DNA of 38,383 bases from Candidatus Rokuibacteriota bacterium. Its GTDB lineage: Bacteria; Methylomirabilota; Methylomirabilia; Rokubacteriales; CSP1-6. The position numbers and the translations under genes are program-made. Below are positions 25,156-35,621 of this stretch, in pieces. The notes under the pieces are model-generated. The model made no database searches and had not been told where the DNA came from. It was given only the letters and a program-made list of their open reading frames with translations. The DNA is taken from contig JACPCX010000096.1 of assembly GCA_016184305.1 (NCBI GenBank), positions 1 to 38,383 on the forward strand, given 5' to 3'. Position 1 is the first letter of the stretch; each line of letters opens with the position of its first letter.

Positions 25156-26832
25156 CTACAGGCGGGCGCGTGGGACGCCCCCCGGTGACGGTGCCGGTCG
25201 CGGGGCGGAGCCGCCTGCTCCAGGCGATACCGTCCCGATGATGACGTCCTGGCCTTCCTTGAAGTCGCCCCCACGCACCTCGGTGGCCGTGCCGTCGCTG
25301 ATGCCGAGCCGCAGCGGGACCGCCCGCGGCTTCCCGTCGGACGCCACGATCCAGACCCGTCCGGCTCGCTCCCCGGCGCCGGCGCGGGCGGGCTGCCCGG
25401 AGGGCAGCTGGTCGTAGACGGTCTGCTGCTCGGGAGTCAGGAGGGCCCGGATCTTCTGCCGGCTCTCCTCACGGATGCGCATCGCCGCCGTGCGCCGCTG
25501 CTGCTGGGGCACGCGGGCCAGCGCGCGGAACCCGGCGTAGCTCTCCTCGAGAATCGGCTCGAACCGCTTCTGCTGCTCCTCGGTGAGCTTGAGCTCGCGG
25601 ACCAGCCGCTCCCGGGTCTGCTCGATCGTGGGGAAGCCTCCCCCCTGCGGCGACGGACCGCTCCCCGGAGTTCCCGGTGCCCCCGCGGGGGCGGCCGGTG
25701 CCTCCTCCCCCGGGGGCCGGAAGCGGAGCGCCGCGTTGGGGACCTTGAGGACATTGGGTCGGGAGTCGACGACGATGCGGACATTGGCTGTCATGCCGGG
25801 CAGGAGCTTCTGCTCCGGATTGTCCACGGCGACGACCACGTTGTAGGTGACGACGTTGGCGACGGGCCGGGGGGCCTTCCGGATCTGGATCACCTGGCCG
25901 GAGAAGGTCTCGGTGGGGAAGGAGTCCACGGTGAAGGTGACGGGCTGGCCCACCTGCGTCCTGCCGATGTCGGCCTCGTCCACGTTGGTGTCCACCTGCA
26001 TCTTGGTGAGGTCCTGGGCGATGTTGAAGAGCGTGGGGGCGGACAGGCTCGCGGCCACGGTCTGTCCCACATCCACGTTGCGCGCGACCACTACCCCGTC
26101 CACGGGCGAGCGGATGGACGTGTACTCGAGATCCACCTGGGTTTGCTGGAGCCCCGCGCGCTTCTGGCGGACCGTGGCTTCCGCCGTCTTCTGCTGGGCC
26201 TCCGCCACGCGGAGCTGGGCCTCCGCCGCGCGGATGCCCGAGGCCACCGCCTGCTCCTGGGCCCGGGCCGAGTCGAGCTGGGCTGCCGCCGCGTCGTGCA
26301 CCGCCTGGGCCGTGTCCAGCTCGCTGCGGGCGATGAGCTCCCGCTTGAAGAGGTCGCGCTTCCTGTCGAGATCGCGCCTGGCGTCGAGCAGGGTGACGTC
26401 CGCCTTGGCGGTCTGGGCCCTGGCCGAGGCCAGCGCCGCCCGGGCGTTGTCGACGTCGGCACGGGCCCGCTCCACCTGGGCCCGCTGGTTCAGCACGTTC
26501 GACTCCGACGCCTCCATGTCGGCGCGGGCCTGGCTGACCTTGGCCTCGAAGATGGAGGGATCGATGCGGGCGATGAGCTGGTTACGCTTCACCTGCGAGT
26601 TGAAGTCGACGAACAGCTCCTTGATCTGGCCCGAGACCTGGGAGCCCACCTGGACCGTGGTCACGGGATTGAGGCTCCCCGTCGCCGACACGGCGGCGAC
26701 GAGATCGCCCCGGCTGACGGCGGCGGTCCGGAATCGCGGGGCGCTGCCGCCGCTCTGAGAATAGAGGTAGGCCCCGGTGATCCCCCCGGCGACGACGAGG
26801 ATGACGAGGGCCAGGACGAGCCGACGCTTCAT
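25156..26832 (-). CDS. MacA/HlyD-type periplasmic adaptor with long coiled coil and LTXXQ-like insert
   Basis: [58 protein letters not shown]. Confidence 0.92.
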   Translation of the reverse strand: MKRRLVLALVILVVAGGITGAYLYSQSGGSAPRFRTAAVSRGDLVAAVSATGSLNPVTTVQVGSQVSGQIKELFVDFNSQVKRNQLIARIDPSIFEAKVSQARADMEASESNVLNQRAQVERARADVDNARAALASARAQTAKADVTLLDARRDLDRKRDLFKRELIARSELDTAQAVHDAAAAQLDSARAQEQAVASGIRAAEAQLRVAEAQQKTAEATVRQKRAGLQQTQVDLEYTSIRSPVDGVVVARNVDVGQTVAASLSAPTLFNIAQDLTKMQVDTNVDEADIGRTQVGQPVTFTVDSFPTETFSGQVIQIRKAPRPVANVVTYNVVVAVDNPEQKLLPGMTANVRIVVDSRPNVLKVPNAALRFRPPGEEAPAAPAGAPGTPGSGPSPQGGGFPTIEQTRERLVRELKLTEEQQKRFEPILEESYAGFRALARVPQQQRRTAAMRIREESRQKIRALLTPEQQTVYDQLPSGQPARAGAGERAGRVWIVASDGKPRAVPLRLGISDGTATEVRGGDFKEGQDVIIGTVSPGAGGSAPRPAPSPGGVPRARL

Positions 26833-26865
26833 GGCTGTGAGACGCCCTGGGGCGCGCGCATATTC

Positions 26866-28305
26866 TTACCGGCGGCCCAGCGCACGCTCGAGTCGGGCGA
26901 TGGAGATCCGGTAATCGGTGAGCGCCTGCGCCTCGACCGACTGGGCGCGGGTGAGCGCCAGCTGGGCGTCGGTGAGCTCGATGATGGTCCCGACGCCGGC
27001 GTCGAAGCGCCCCTGGCCCAGCCGGAAGTTCTCCTGGGCGGACTCCACGGCCTTCGCGGCCGCCCCGATGCGCTCCTCCGCCTCGATGAGGCTCACGTGG
27101 CCCTGCTCCACCTGCTGCCAGATCTGCAGCTCGGTGTCGCGCACGGCGGCCTGGGCGGCCTGAAGGTTGGCCTTCTCCTCCTTGTACCGGGCGATCTTGT
27201 TGCCCCCGTCAAAGATGGACCAGCGGAGCTCGAGCCCGATCTGCCAGTCCCTGGTCTCCGTGCTGCTCACGCCGCCGCTCTGAACCGAGCTCGAGCCCTG
27301 GAAGTCGGTGTCGGTGCGGCCCGCGCCGACCGAGCCCACCCCGAGGAGGTTGGGGAAGAAGTCGCGGTACGTCTGGCGTACGCGGGCCTCCGCGCCGAGG
27401 GCGCGGAGCTTGGCCTGCCGGTACTCGGCCCGGCGGTTGAGGGCCTCGGCCACGAGGCGCTCGCGGTCGAGCTCGAACACCTCGTAGGCGAGGATGTCCT
27501 TGACGCGCGTGGGGGCGTTGATCGCGATGCCCATGGCGGTGTTGAGGGCGATGCGCGCCAGGCTCACCGCGTTCTGCGAGCGAATGAGGTCCAGCCGGGC
27601 GTTGGCGACGTCCACCTCCGCGCGGGTCACATCGAACTTGGGCCGCGTCCCCACCTCGAAGAAACCGCGCGCGCTCCGCAGGTTCAGCTCGGCGCGGTCC
27701 ACGGCCTGGGCGTTGACCACCACGAGGCGGGCCGCGAAGAGCTGGTTGAAGTAGTTCTCCTTCACGGCGAGGACGATGAGGTCCCGCTGCAGATCGACCT
27801 GCTCCCGCGCGGTCTCGGAGGCGGCCTTGGCGGCGTCGGTCGCGGCCAGGTTGCGCCCGAAGTCGTACAGGAGCTGCGACACCGAGAGGCGCCCGGTGCC
27901 CGGGGTGGGGGCGGTCAGCGTGCTGCTGCTGGAGGAGCCCGTCGAGCTGAGAAGGCGCGAGCTCGCGTCGGTCCGGTTGATCGTGCCGAGCAGGCTCAGC
28001 TGAGGCAGCATCGCCGAGAAGGCCTGGGCGACGCGCTGCTGGGCGGCCACGTACTCGCCGAACCGCTGGAGGATCGCCGGGGCATTGTCGAGCGCCATTG
28101 CGACGGCCTCGTCGAGCGTGAGCTCCCGCTCCGTGATCTGCGACGGGATGACGAACGGCCGGAGCCCGGCCGGGGCTGGCAGCGGCTCCCTGGGCTTCAT
28201 GGGATCGGCGGCGGTGGGCTGTGCCGCGGCGATTCCGGGACATGCTGCCAGCATCAGCAGGAGGCCCGTCACGATGCGGCGAGCATGGGTTCGGAAGGCA
28301 GTCAT
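26866..28305 (-). CDS. TolC family outer membrane efflux protein
   Basis: Signal peptide, LTLDEAVAMAL, QLLYDFG, SIFDGG, RFDAGVGT..ELTDAQ. RBS AAGGAG. Confidence 0.9.
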   Translation of the reverse strand: MTAFRTHARRIVTGLLLMLAACPGIAAAQPTAADPMKPREPLPAPAGLRPFVIPSQITERELTLDEAVAMALDNAPAILQRFGEYVAAQQRVAQAFSAMLPQLSLLGTINRTDASSRLLSSTGSSSSSTLTAPTPGTGRLSVSQLLYDFGRNLAATDAAKAASETAREQVDLQRDLIVLAVKENYFNQLFAARLVVVNAQAVDRAELNLRSARGFFEVGTRPKFDVTRAEVDVANARLDLIRSQNAVSLARIALNTAMGIAINAPTRVKDILAYEVFELDRERLVAEALNRRAEYRQAKLRALGAEARVRQTYRDFFPNLLGVGSVGAGRTDTDFQGSSSVQSGGVSSTETRDWQIGLELRWSIFDGGNKIARYKEEKANLQAAQAAVRDTELQIWQQVEQGHVSLIEAEERIGAAAKAVESAQENFRLGQGRFDAGVGTIIELTDAQLALTRAQSVEAQALTDYRISIARLERALGRR

Positions 28306-28862
28306 GCGATCTCTCCTTGCGGGGCCAGTGACGCGGAGGCGTCCGCGACACGGCGCGGGAAGCGCGCCTCCAGCATAACGTAAAGCGTCGGGATGAGGAT
28401 GAGCGTGAGCACGGTGGAGACGGCCAGGCCTCCGATGACGGCACGGGCCAGGGGAGCGTTCGCCTCGCTCCCCACGTCGATGCCGAGCGCCATGGGGAAG
28501 AGCCCCACCAGCGTCGTGAGCGTGGTCATGAGGATGGGGCGGAGGCGCGTGCGGCCCGCGTTGACGACGGCGTCGGTGAGCTCCTGGCCCTGGCGCCGCA
28601 GCTCGTTGATGTACTCCACCAGCAGCACCCCGTTGGAGACGACGATGCCCACCATCATGATGATCCCCATGAACGACGTGACGTTGAGCGTGGTGTTCGT
28701 CAAAAAGAGCGCCCAGATGACGCCGATCATCCCGAGCGGCACCGAGAACATGATGATGAAGGGATCCAGCAGCGACCGGAACTGAGAGGCCACGACCACC
28801 CCCACCACGATCAGAAACCACAGGAGCACCAGGCCGAGCTTGTAGCGTCTCAACCCGCGCAT
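28302..28862 (-). pseudogene. RND (AcrB-family) permease C-terminal fragment fused in frame to a short unrelated N-terminus
   Basis: ASQFRSLLDPFIIMFSVPL, GIVVSNGVLLVE, RLRPILMTT, PLARAVIGGL; only 186 aa. N-terminal MRGLRRYKLGLVLLWFLIVVGVVV resembles an adaptor-protein signal anchor. Confidence 0.8.
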
Positions 28863-28943
28863 GGGACCCCCCGGGGATTGGATCGATAGGCGCAGGTGGC
28901 GGCGGGCCGCCGGTGGGGTGGACCTGGGGGAAGGCGACGGCTC

Positions 28944-31238
28944 ATGGGGCTCCGGTGACCATCGGCCAAGACCGGCCGCTGGAGCGAGGCCGCCCTCCGG
29001 GTGCTGCGCGAGCGCTACCTCTCCCGGGAGAAGGGCGAGGTCGTGGAGACGCCGGAGGAGATGTGCTTTCGCGTCGCGCGCGCCATCGCCGCCGCCGAGG
29101 AGCGCTTCGGGCGGAGCCCCGCCGCCATCCACGAGGTGGCCGCAGCCTTCTACGACGTCATGGTGGAGGGCTCCTTCCTGCCCAACTCCCCGACCCTGAT
29201 GAACGCCGGCAAGGGGAATCAGCTCCAGTATTCCGCCTGCTACGTGCTGCCGGTCGGCGACTCCATGCAGGAGATCTTCGACTCCGTGAAGGCCGCCGCC
29301 ATCATCCACCAGTCCGGAGGAGGTACTGGATTCGCGTTTTCGCGGCTCAGGCCGAGGAACGATTTCGTGCGCTCCACGGGGGGGCGGGCCTCGGGCCCCG
29401 TGTCCTTCCTCCGCGTCTTCAACGCGGCAACTGAAGCGGTCAAGCAAGGGGGGGCGCGCCGCGGCGCGAACATGGGGATTCTCCGCGTGGATCATCCCGA
29501 CATCCTCGAGTTCGTGGAGTGCAAGCTCGAGGGCGGCGTCACCAACTTCAACATCTCGGTGGCGGCCACCGATGCGTTCATGGAGGCCCTGGCGCGGGGC
29601 GCGGACTACGAGCTGATCAACCCGCGCACGGGGCTCCCCACGGGGCGGTTGTCGGCGCGCGAGGTCTTCGACCGGATCGTGCGGGCCGCGTGGCGCACGG
29701 GCGATCCGGGCATGATCTTCCTCGACCGCATCAACGCGAGCCCGGCCAACCCCACCCCCGACCTCGGGCTCATCGAGGCGACAAACCCGTGCGGCGAGCA
29801 GGCGCTCCCGCCCAACGACGCGTGCAACCTCGGGTCCGTGAACGTCTCGAGGCTCGTCCGCGAGACGGCGCCGGACCGGTGGAGCATCGACTGGGAGGAG
29901 CTCGAGCGCGTGGTGCGTCTCGGGGTGCGCTTCCTGGACGACGTGATCGAGGTGAACCCGTATCCGCTGCCGCAGATCGACGCCATGGTGAAGGCCACCC
30001 GGCGCATCGGGCTCGGCATCATGGGCTGGGCGGACCTGCTCTTCATCCTCGGTGTTCCCTACGACAGCCAGGCCGCGCTGGATCTGGCCGAGCGCCTGAT
30101 GGCCTTCGTCACCGAGAAGGCGCATGACCAGTCCTGCCGTCTGGCGGATGAGCGCGGGCCGTTCCCGAACTGGAGCCGCTCGATGTATCGCACCGGCCGT
30201 CCGATGCGGAACGCGACGGTGACGGCCATCGCCCCCACCGGCACCATCTCGATGCTCGCCGGATGCTCGTCGGGCATCGAGCCGGTGTTCGCGCTGGCCT
30301 TCGAGCACCGCGTGAAGGGCGCCGACGGCGACCGGGTGCTGCCCTTCGTCAGCGAGACGTTCGAGCGACTGGCGCGGGTGCGCGGGTTCCACTCCGAGGC
30401 GCTCATGGCGGAGGTCGCGCGTCGGGGCTCGATCCAGGGCATCCCGGGGGTGGACGAGGGGGCGCGGAGCCTCTTCAAGATCGCCCACGAGATCGACTAC
30501 CGCTGGCACGTGCGCCATCAGGCCGCATTCCAGCGGCACACCGACAACGGCGTGTCGAAGACGATCAACGTGCCCCAGGACGCGACGGAGGACGAGGTGG
30601 CCCGGGCCTATCTCCTGGCCTGGGAGGAGGGCTGCCTCGGCATCACGGTGTTCCGCGACGGGTGCAAGGGGACACAGGTGCTCAACATCGGGGTGGGCGT
30701 GGGTGCCGGGGAGGAGGCGGACCCGTCGGTATTCGGGGAGCGTGTGGTCAAGCCGCGGCCCCACAGCCTGGCCGGGCACACCTACCGGATGGAGACGCCC
30801 ATCGGGACGGCGTTCGTCACCGTCAACGACACGGAGCGCGGCGAGCCCTTCGAGGTGTTCGTTCAGGTGGGCAAGGCGGGGTCCGACACCATGGCGGTGG
30901 CCGAGGCCCTGGGACGGCTGGTCTCGCTCGTCTTGCGGCTGCCGTCTCCGCTGTCGGCGCGGCGCCGGCTGGAGGAGGTCATCAGCCAGCTCTCCCGCAT
31001 CGGCGGCGGCCAGCCCACGGGTTTCGGCGCTTCCAAGGTGCTCTCCCTTCCCGACGCGCTCGCGCGGGTCCTGGGCGGGCATATCGGCTACGGGGCCGGG
31101 CAGGGAGGCGGGTCGGCTGCCACCGGGCGCCCGTCCCTGCGGCAGGTCGGCGATCTGTGCCGGGAGTGCGGCCAGGCCATGCTTATCTACGAGGAAGGCT
31201 GCAAGAAGTGTCTCTCTTGCGGCTTCAACGAATGCTAG
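28944..31238 (+). CDS. nrdJ: Class II (adenosylcobalamin-dependent) ribonucleotide reductase with TSCPD and Zn-ribbon C-terminus
   Basis: FLPNSPTLMNAG, SACYV, GGGTG, RRGANM, EATNPCGEQ, CNLGS, APTGTIS, SKTIN, C-terminal CxxC..CxxC. ATG 28944 is followed by in-frame TGA at 28956; alternative GTG start at 29001. Confidence 0.92.
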
Positions 31239-31274
31239 CGGCGGCGAGGCACGACCGGCGACGGCGGAAAGGGC

Positions 31275-31304
31275 TTGACCGCGAAAGCGGTGGCGGTGTT
31301 TAAT
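31275..31304 (+). promoter_or_regulatory. Sigma70-type promoter for cytochrome c gene
   Basis: TTGACC-N18-TTTAAT. Confidence 0.5.
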
Positions 31305-31362
31305 GGCCGCGGTTGTGAAGCCAGTCACACGAGCCGCGGGCTCGAACTCAGGGAGGAAATCG

Positions 31363-31767
31363 ATGAGGAGATGCGTGAGATTCGGCGTCGTTGCCCTCGC
31401 CCTGGTCATGGGGCTCGCCATCAGCACCGGGGCCTGGGCCCAGACGCCCTGGGCCGCACCCGATGCCGAGAAGGGCAAGAAGAACCCGGTTGCGGCGGGG
31501 AAGAAGGCGGTGGAGCAGGGCGAGAAGGTGGCGAAGGTGAACTGCGCCTCGTGCCATGGCGCCAAGGGCAAAGGCGATGGGGCGGCCGCCGCGGCGCTCA
31601 CCCCGAAGCCTGCGGACTGGACCGGCAAGAAGGTGCAAGACGAGACCGATGGCTCTTTGTTCTGGAAGATCTCGACGGGCAGGGGTGCCATGCCGCCCTG
31701 GAAGCATTTGCCGGAGAATGATCGCTGGGCGCTGGTCCACTACCTTCGCTCCCTCAAGGGGAAGTAG
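31363..31767 (+). CDS. Monoheme c-type cytochrome
   Basis: RBS GGAGGA, signal peptide, CASCHG, DGSLFWKI..G...MPPW, DRWALVHYLRSL. Confidence 0.92.
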   Translation: MRRCVRFGVVALALVMGLAISTGAWAQTPWAAPDAEKGKKNPVAAGKKAVEQGEKVAKVNCASCHGAKGKGDGAAAAALTPKPADWTGKKVQDETDGSLFWKISTGRGAMPPWKHLPENDRWALVHYLRSLKGK

Positions 31768-31789
31768 CCCTCATTCACCGCTTCCGTGC

Positions 31790-31829
31790 CGGGCACGTCC
31801 TTCTCGGCAAGCCGACAGGGACGTGCCCG
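31790..31829 (+). terminator. Stem-loop after cytochrome c gene
   Basis: CGGGCACGTCC ... GGACGTGCCCG 11-bp stem with inner TCGGC/GCCGA pairing; weak U-tract. Confidence 0.5.
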
Positions 31830-32042
31830 ATCGTTTGTCTGCCTGGTCACTTCGCAGTTCTGCCGCCGAGCCGGAGTTGCTGCCCAAGGCGCGTGGCTGG
31901 GGGCTGTCGGCCCAGGCCGAGCGTCGGAGAACCTTACGGTTTCGCATGGCCCGAAATGGCGGCGCCGTGGGTTGCTCTCGGTGTCGGCCGGAGCCCGTGG
32001 GAAATTCGCGGGTTAGAGACGAGCGTCGAGGAGGGCCGGTCT

Positions 32043-32057
32043 TGGCACAGCTGATGC
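32043..32057 (+). promoter_or_regulatory. Sigma54 (-24/-12) promoter
   Basis: TGGCAC-AGCTG-ATGC (GG-N10-GC) 70 nt before kinase ATG, in a long intergenic region. Confidence 0.65.
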
Positions 32058-32127
32058 GTCCCTCATCGGAGTCATCACGAAAGCCATGACCATGCCCGCT
32101 CACGATCTGTAAGCCTCGCTACATCCC

Positions 32128-34470
32128 ATGAGCGCGCAGCCGTCCCACGATCCTGACCCCAGGGAGCTCGGGGCCTCGCTATCGGAGATCAGCCGCGCCC
32201 TCGAGCATCTCCGGGATCGCATCCAGCAGCTCGGCGGCGTCGACCCCGAGGGCGCTGAGGCCCCGGCACCGAGCATCGATACGATCAGCGCCGTGGACCC
32301 CAAGCTGTTCGGCAGCCTGCCGGACGCGCTGGGGCTCCCGTCATCCGGCTATCCCCCGAGCGAGATGTTCGGGATCGCCATGGATCGCTTGGCGCGGCTC
32401 CTCGAAGCGGATCGCTCGATGCTGTTCCTGCTCGACCCCGAGCGCGGCACGCTTCAGCCGACGGCCGCGCGGGGATTCCGGCGCGACGACCTGGGTGGCG
32501 TCTCCATCGCTCCCGGCGAGGGGCTCGTGGGACAGGCCTATCTCGAGGGGCGGCTGCTCTGCTATTCCCGGCCGGCGGATGTCGCCCCGAGTGATCCCTT
32601 CGTCGCGCGCTTCCCGGTCCGGGACGCCGTGGCCGTGCCCATCCGGGGGGACGATCAGGTCCTGGGCGTCCTGTATGCGGGACGCCGTGGCCGGAGCGTG
32701 CCGTTCACCGCGGAGGACGTCCAGCTGCTCCTCGTGATCGCGGACCGGGTGGCCACGGCCTGTGCCCACCAGCATCTCACCGATCGCGCCGCCGACCACG
32801 TCGCCCGCCTGCGGGAGATCGAGGCCCTCTCGAGTCAGGCCCTGGTGGGACGGGACCTGAGCGAGACCCTGACCCGCGCGTGCGAGACGGGGTGCCGTCT
32901 CCTGGGCGTCCGGGTGGCGGCCCTCGGGGTGCCGGATGGCCAGGGCGGCCTCAGACTCGCTGCGGCCTCCGGGCTGCCTGGGCCCGTGGCGGAGGCGTGG
33001 CACGTCGACCTCGAAGAAGGGCTGGCGCGGGAGATGCTCGAGACGCAGCGGCCCGTGGCCCGGCGCGATCTGAGAGAGCTGGCAGCGGCCCCGGAGGCGT
33101 TCCTCCAAGCGCTCGACGTGCGCGGGTGCCTGCTCCTGCCGCTGCGCATCCACGCGCGCACCGTGGGGGCCCTCTACATGGGCGATGGGCGGCCTCGGGA
33201 GTTCTCCGCCGACGCGGTGGAGGCGGCTCAGGTCCTGGCCTCCCTCGCCGCTCTGGCCATCGAGAACGAGCGGCTCTACGGCGAGGTGCGGAGCGGCTTC
33301 GAGTCGCTGCGCTCGGCCCAGGAGCACATGATCGTGAGCGAGAAGACGCGAGCCCTGGGCGAGATGGCCGGGGGCGTGGCCCACGAGTTCAACAATATCC
33401 TGGCGATCATCCTCGGCAAGATCCAGCTCATGATGGCCCGGACCACGGACGAGGCGTACCGCGAGAGCCTCGGGCAGGTCGAGGAGGCGGCCTGGCGGGC
33501 GGCGGACATCGTCCGCCGGCTTCACGCCTTCGCCTCGACCCGGCTGGACGCCGCCGCCGCCATGACCGACATGAACACGCTGGTCCACGACGCGGTGACT
33601 CTCACGCGGGGCCTGTGGAAGGACGAGGCCGAGACGCGCGGGTTGCGCATCGAGGTCAGCACGGATCTGGAGGAGACCCCCCCCGTGCCCGGCAACACGG
33701 CGGAGCTGCGTGAGGCCGTGACAAACGTGGTGCTGAACGCGATCGACGCGATGCCCAGGGGCGGTCAGATCAGACTCTCGACCCGCGCCCGCGACGAAGG
33801 TGTCGAGCTCAGCGTCAGCGACACGGGTGAGGGCATGTCCGAGAGCGTGCGCCGCCGCATCTTCGATCCGTTCTTCAGCACGCGCTCGCCGATCAGGACG
33901 GGGCTCGGGTTGTCGGTCGTGCACGGGATCATCGTCCGTCATCGAGGGCGCATCGACGTGGTGAGCGAGGAGGGCCGGGGCACGACGATCACGCTGTGGC
34001 TGCCCGCGGGTGGTCCGGTTGCGAGCGCCCCGGCGGTGCCCGCGCCGGCTGCGGATGCGCCGGGGCGCCCCGAGCGGGAGAGCGGCGAGGAGGATGGTCC
34101 CGGCTCCGTGCTCGTCCTCGAGGACGAGGAGCAGATCCGACAGATGCTCGTGGAGTCGCTGACTCAGGCCGGGTACCGCGTCGCCTCGGCCGGGGACGGG
34201 CTCAGCGGGCTCGCCTCCTTCCAGCGGGAGCGGTTCGACGTGGTGCTGACGGACCTGTCGCTGCCCGAGCGCTCCGGTCTCGAGGTTGCCCGTGACGTCA
34301 AGCGCATGAACCCGGAGACAGCCGTGGTGCTCCTGACCGGCTGGGGGCATCTGCTGGATCCGGTGCGGCTGCGCTCGAGCGGCGTGGACCTGACCCTGGT
34401 GAAGCCGTTCCGTCTCGAGCGCGTGCTGGCGGTGGTCGCCGAAGCCTTGCGGCTTCACCGCTCGGCCTGA
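32128..34470 (+). CDS. Hybrid sensor histidine kinase (GAF-GAF-HisKA-HATPase-REC)
   Basis: Two GAF domains, [32 protein letters not shown], receiver VLEDE...TDLSLP...KPF. Confidence 0.92.
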   Translation: MSAQPSHDPDPRELGASLSEISRALEHLRDRIQQLGGVDPEGAEAPAPSIDTISAVDPKLFGSLPDALGLPSSGYPPSEMFGIAMDRLARLLEADRSMLFLLDPERGTLQPTAARGFRRDDLGGVSIAPGEGLVGQAYLEGRLLCYSRPADVAPSDPFVARFPVRDAVAVPIRGDDQVLGVLYAGRRGRSVPFTAEDVQLLLVIADRVATACAHQHLTDRAADHVARLREIEALSSQALVGRDLSETLTRACETGCRLLGVRVAALGVPDGQGGLRLAAASGLPGPVAEAWHVDLEEGLAREMLETQRPVARRDLRELAAAPEAFLQALDVRGCLLLPLRIHARTVGALYMGDGRPREFSADAVEAAQVLASLAALAIENERLYGEVRSGFESLRSAQEHMIVSEKTRALGEMAGGVAHEFNNILAIILGKIQLMMARTTDEAYRESLGQVEEAAWRAADIVRRLHAFASTRLDAAAAMTDMNTLVHDAVTLTRGLWKDEAETRGLRIEVSTDLEETPPVPGNTAELREAVTNVVLNAIDAMPRGGQIRLSTRARDEGVELSVSDTGEGMSESVRRRIFDPFFSTRSPIRTGLGLSVVHGIIVRHRGRIDVVSEEGRGTTITLWLPAGGPVASAPAVPAPAADAPGRPERESGEEDGPGSVLVLEDEEQIRQMLVESLTQAGYRVASAGDGLSGLASFQRERFDVVLTDLSLPERSGLEVARDVKRMNPETAVVLLTGWGHLLDPVRLRSSGVDLTLVKPFRLERVLAVVAEALRLHRSA

Positions 34471-34480
34471 TCGCTGCCGC

Positions 34481-35407
34481 GTGAGGCGGCTGGCGACCAT
34501 CGACCTCGGCACCAACACGGTGCGTCTGCTGGTGGTCGAGACGGAGGGAGAGGGCTGGCGGACCCTCCACGAGAGCCAGCACGTCACGCGCCTCGGCGAA
34601 GGGCAGGCAGCGGCCGGGAGGCTCTGCGACGAGCCCATGAGCCGGACGGTGGCCGTGGTGGGCGGGTTCGTGAGCGCCGCCGAACGGCTCGGGGTCTCCG
34701 ACGTCCACATCGTTGCCACGAGCGCCGTGAGGGAGGCTCCCAACGGAGCCGAGTTCGCAGGGCGCGTGAAGGCGGCCACCGGCCGGTTGGTGCAGATCCT
34801 CTCGGGTGACGACGAGGGCCGGCTGACCCTCCTGGCCGTCCGCCGGAGCCTGACGCAGCTGCCGGAGTCCTTCGTCCTCGTCGACATCGGCGGCGGCAGC
34901 ACGGAGTTCGTGCTCTGCCGCCAGGGCGGCACGGCGGCCGCGGCGAGCCTGCGACTCGGCGTGGTGCCGCTCACCGAGGAGTTCATGGACGCCGGGGCCG
35001 TCGCGTGGGGGCGCTTCGCGCTCATGCGGCAGAGGATCGAGGCGCAGCTGGCGAGGGAGGTGCCCGAGGCGATCGTCTCGGCCGCGGCCGGGGACCTGGT
35101 GGGGACGGCGGGGACGGTGGCGGCACTGGCCGCACTGGATCTCGGGCTCGCTGCCTACGAGGCCGACCGGGTGCACGGGCACCGGTTGACGAGGGCCGCG
35201 GTGGAGACCCTCCTGGCACGGCTCGGTGCGCTGACGCTCGAGGAACGGTCGCGGCTGCCTTGCCTCGAGCCCGGGCGGGCGGACGTCCTCATCCCCGGCA
35301 TCGCCATCTGTCTCGCCGCCATGGAGCGCCTGGGGTTCCACTCGCTCATCGTGAGCGACCACGGCCTTCGCGAGGGGATCCTCTGCGAGATACTCTCGCT
35401 CCCATGA
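34481..35407 (+). CDS. ppx: Ppx/GppA family exopolyphosphatase
   Basis: IDLGTNTVRL, TRLGEG, ATSAVREA, DIGGGSTE, GTAGT, RADV, GLREG. Confidence 0.9.
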   Translation: MRRLATIDLGTNTVRLLVVETEGEGWRTLHESQHVTRLGEGQAAAGRLCDEPMSRTVAVVGGFVSAAERLGVSDVHIVATSAVREAPNGAEFAGRVKAATGRLVQILSGDDEGRLTLLAVRRSLTQLPESFVLVDIGGGSTEFVLCRQGGTAAAASLRLGVVPLTEEFMDAGAVAWGRFALMRQRIEAQLAREVPEAIVSAAAGDLVGTAGTVAALAALDLGLAAYEADRVHGHRLTRAAVETLLARLGALTLEERSRLPCLEPGRADVLIPGIAICLAAMERLGFHSLIVSDHGLREGILCEILSLP

Positions 35408-35565
35408 TGCGGACGCTCCCGGTGATGGACGACCCCCGGGGATCCCTGCCCGGCCCGTGACGTGGGTGACGGGGTGTTCGGGCCAGCTGTTCTCCTGTTG
35501 ACGCTCGACCTCAACGGGATCCTCCCAAGTGGCTGAAAACCTTGCGGCTCGAGGCTCGCCGGTAC

Positions 35566-35580
35566 TGGCACGCCCCATGC
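35566..35580 (+). promoter_or_regulatory. Sigma54 (-24/-12) promoter
   Basis: TGGCAC-GCCCC-ATGC (GG-N10-GC) 41 nt before ATG 35622. Confidence 0.65.
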
Positions 35581-35621
35581 CCTCTGAAAGTGCAGGATCA
35601 TCCAAGAGGGAGGGGAGACGC

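Noticed and set aside
28863..28943. Cobalamin riboswitch or NrdR box upstream of nrdJ
   Set aside because: Only ~80 bp of intergenic space and no recognisable B12-box or NrdR consensus.
28956..28958. Selenocysteine at the nrdJ TGA
   Set aside because: Position is in a variable N-terminal tail, not a catalytic Cys site, and no convincing SECIS was seen.
28863..31691. 1129-aa minus-strand ORF
   Set aside because: Antisense to nrdJ and cytochrome c, typical of high-GC DNA; only the last 186 aa (RND fragment) look coding.
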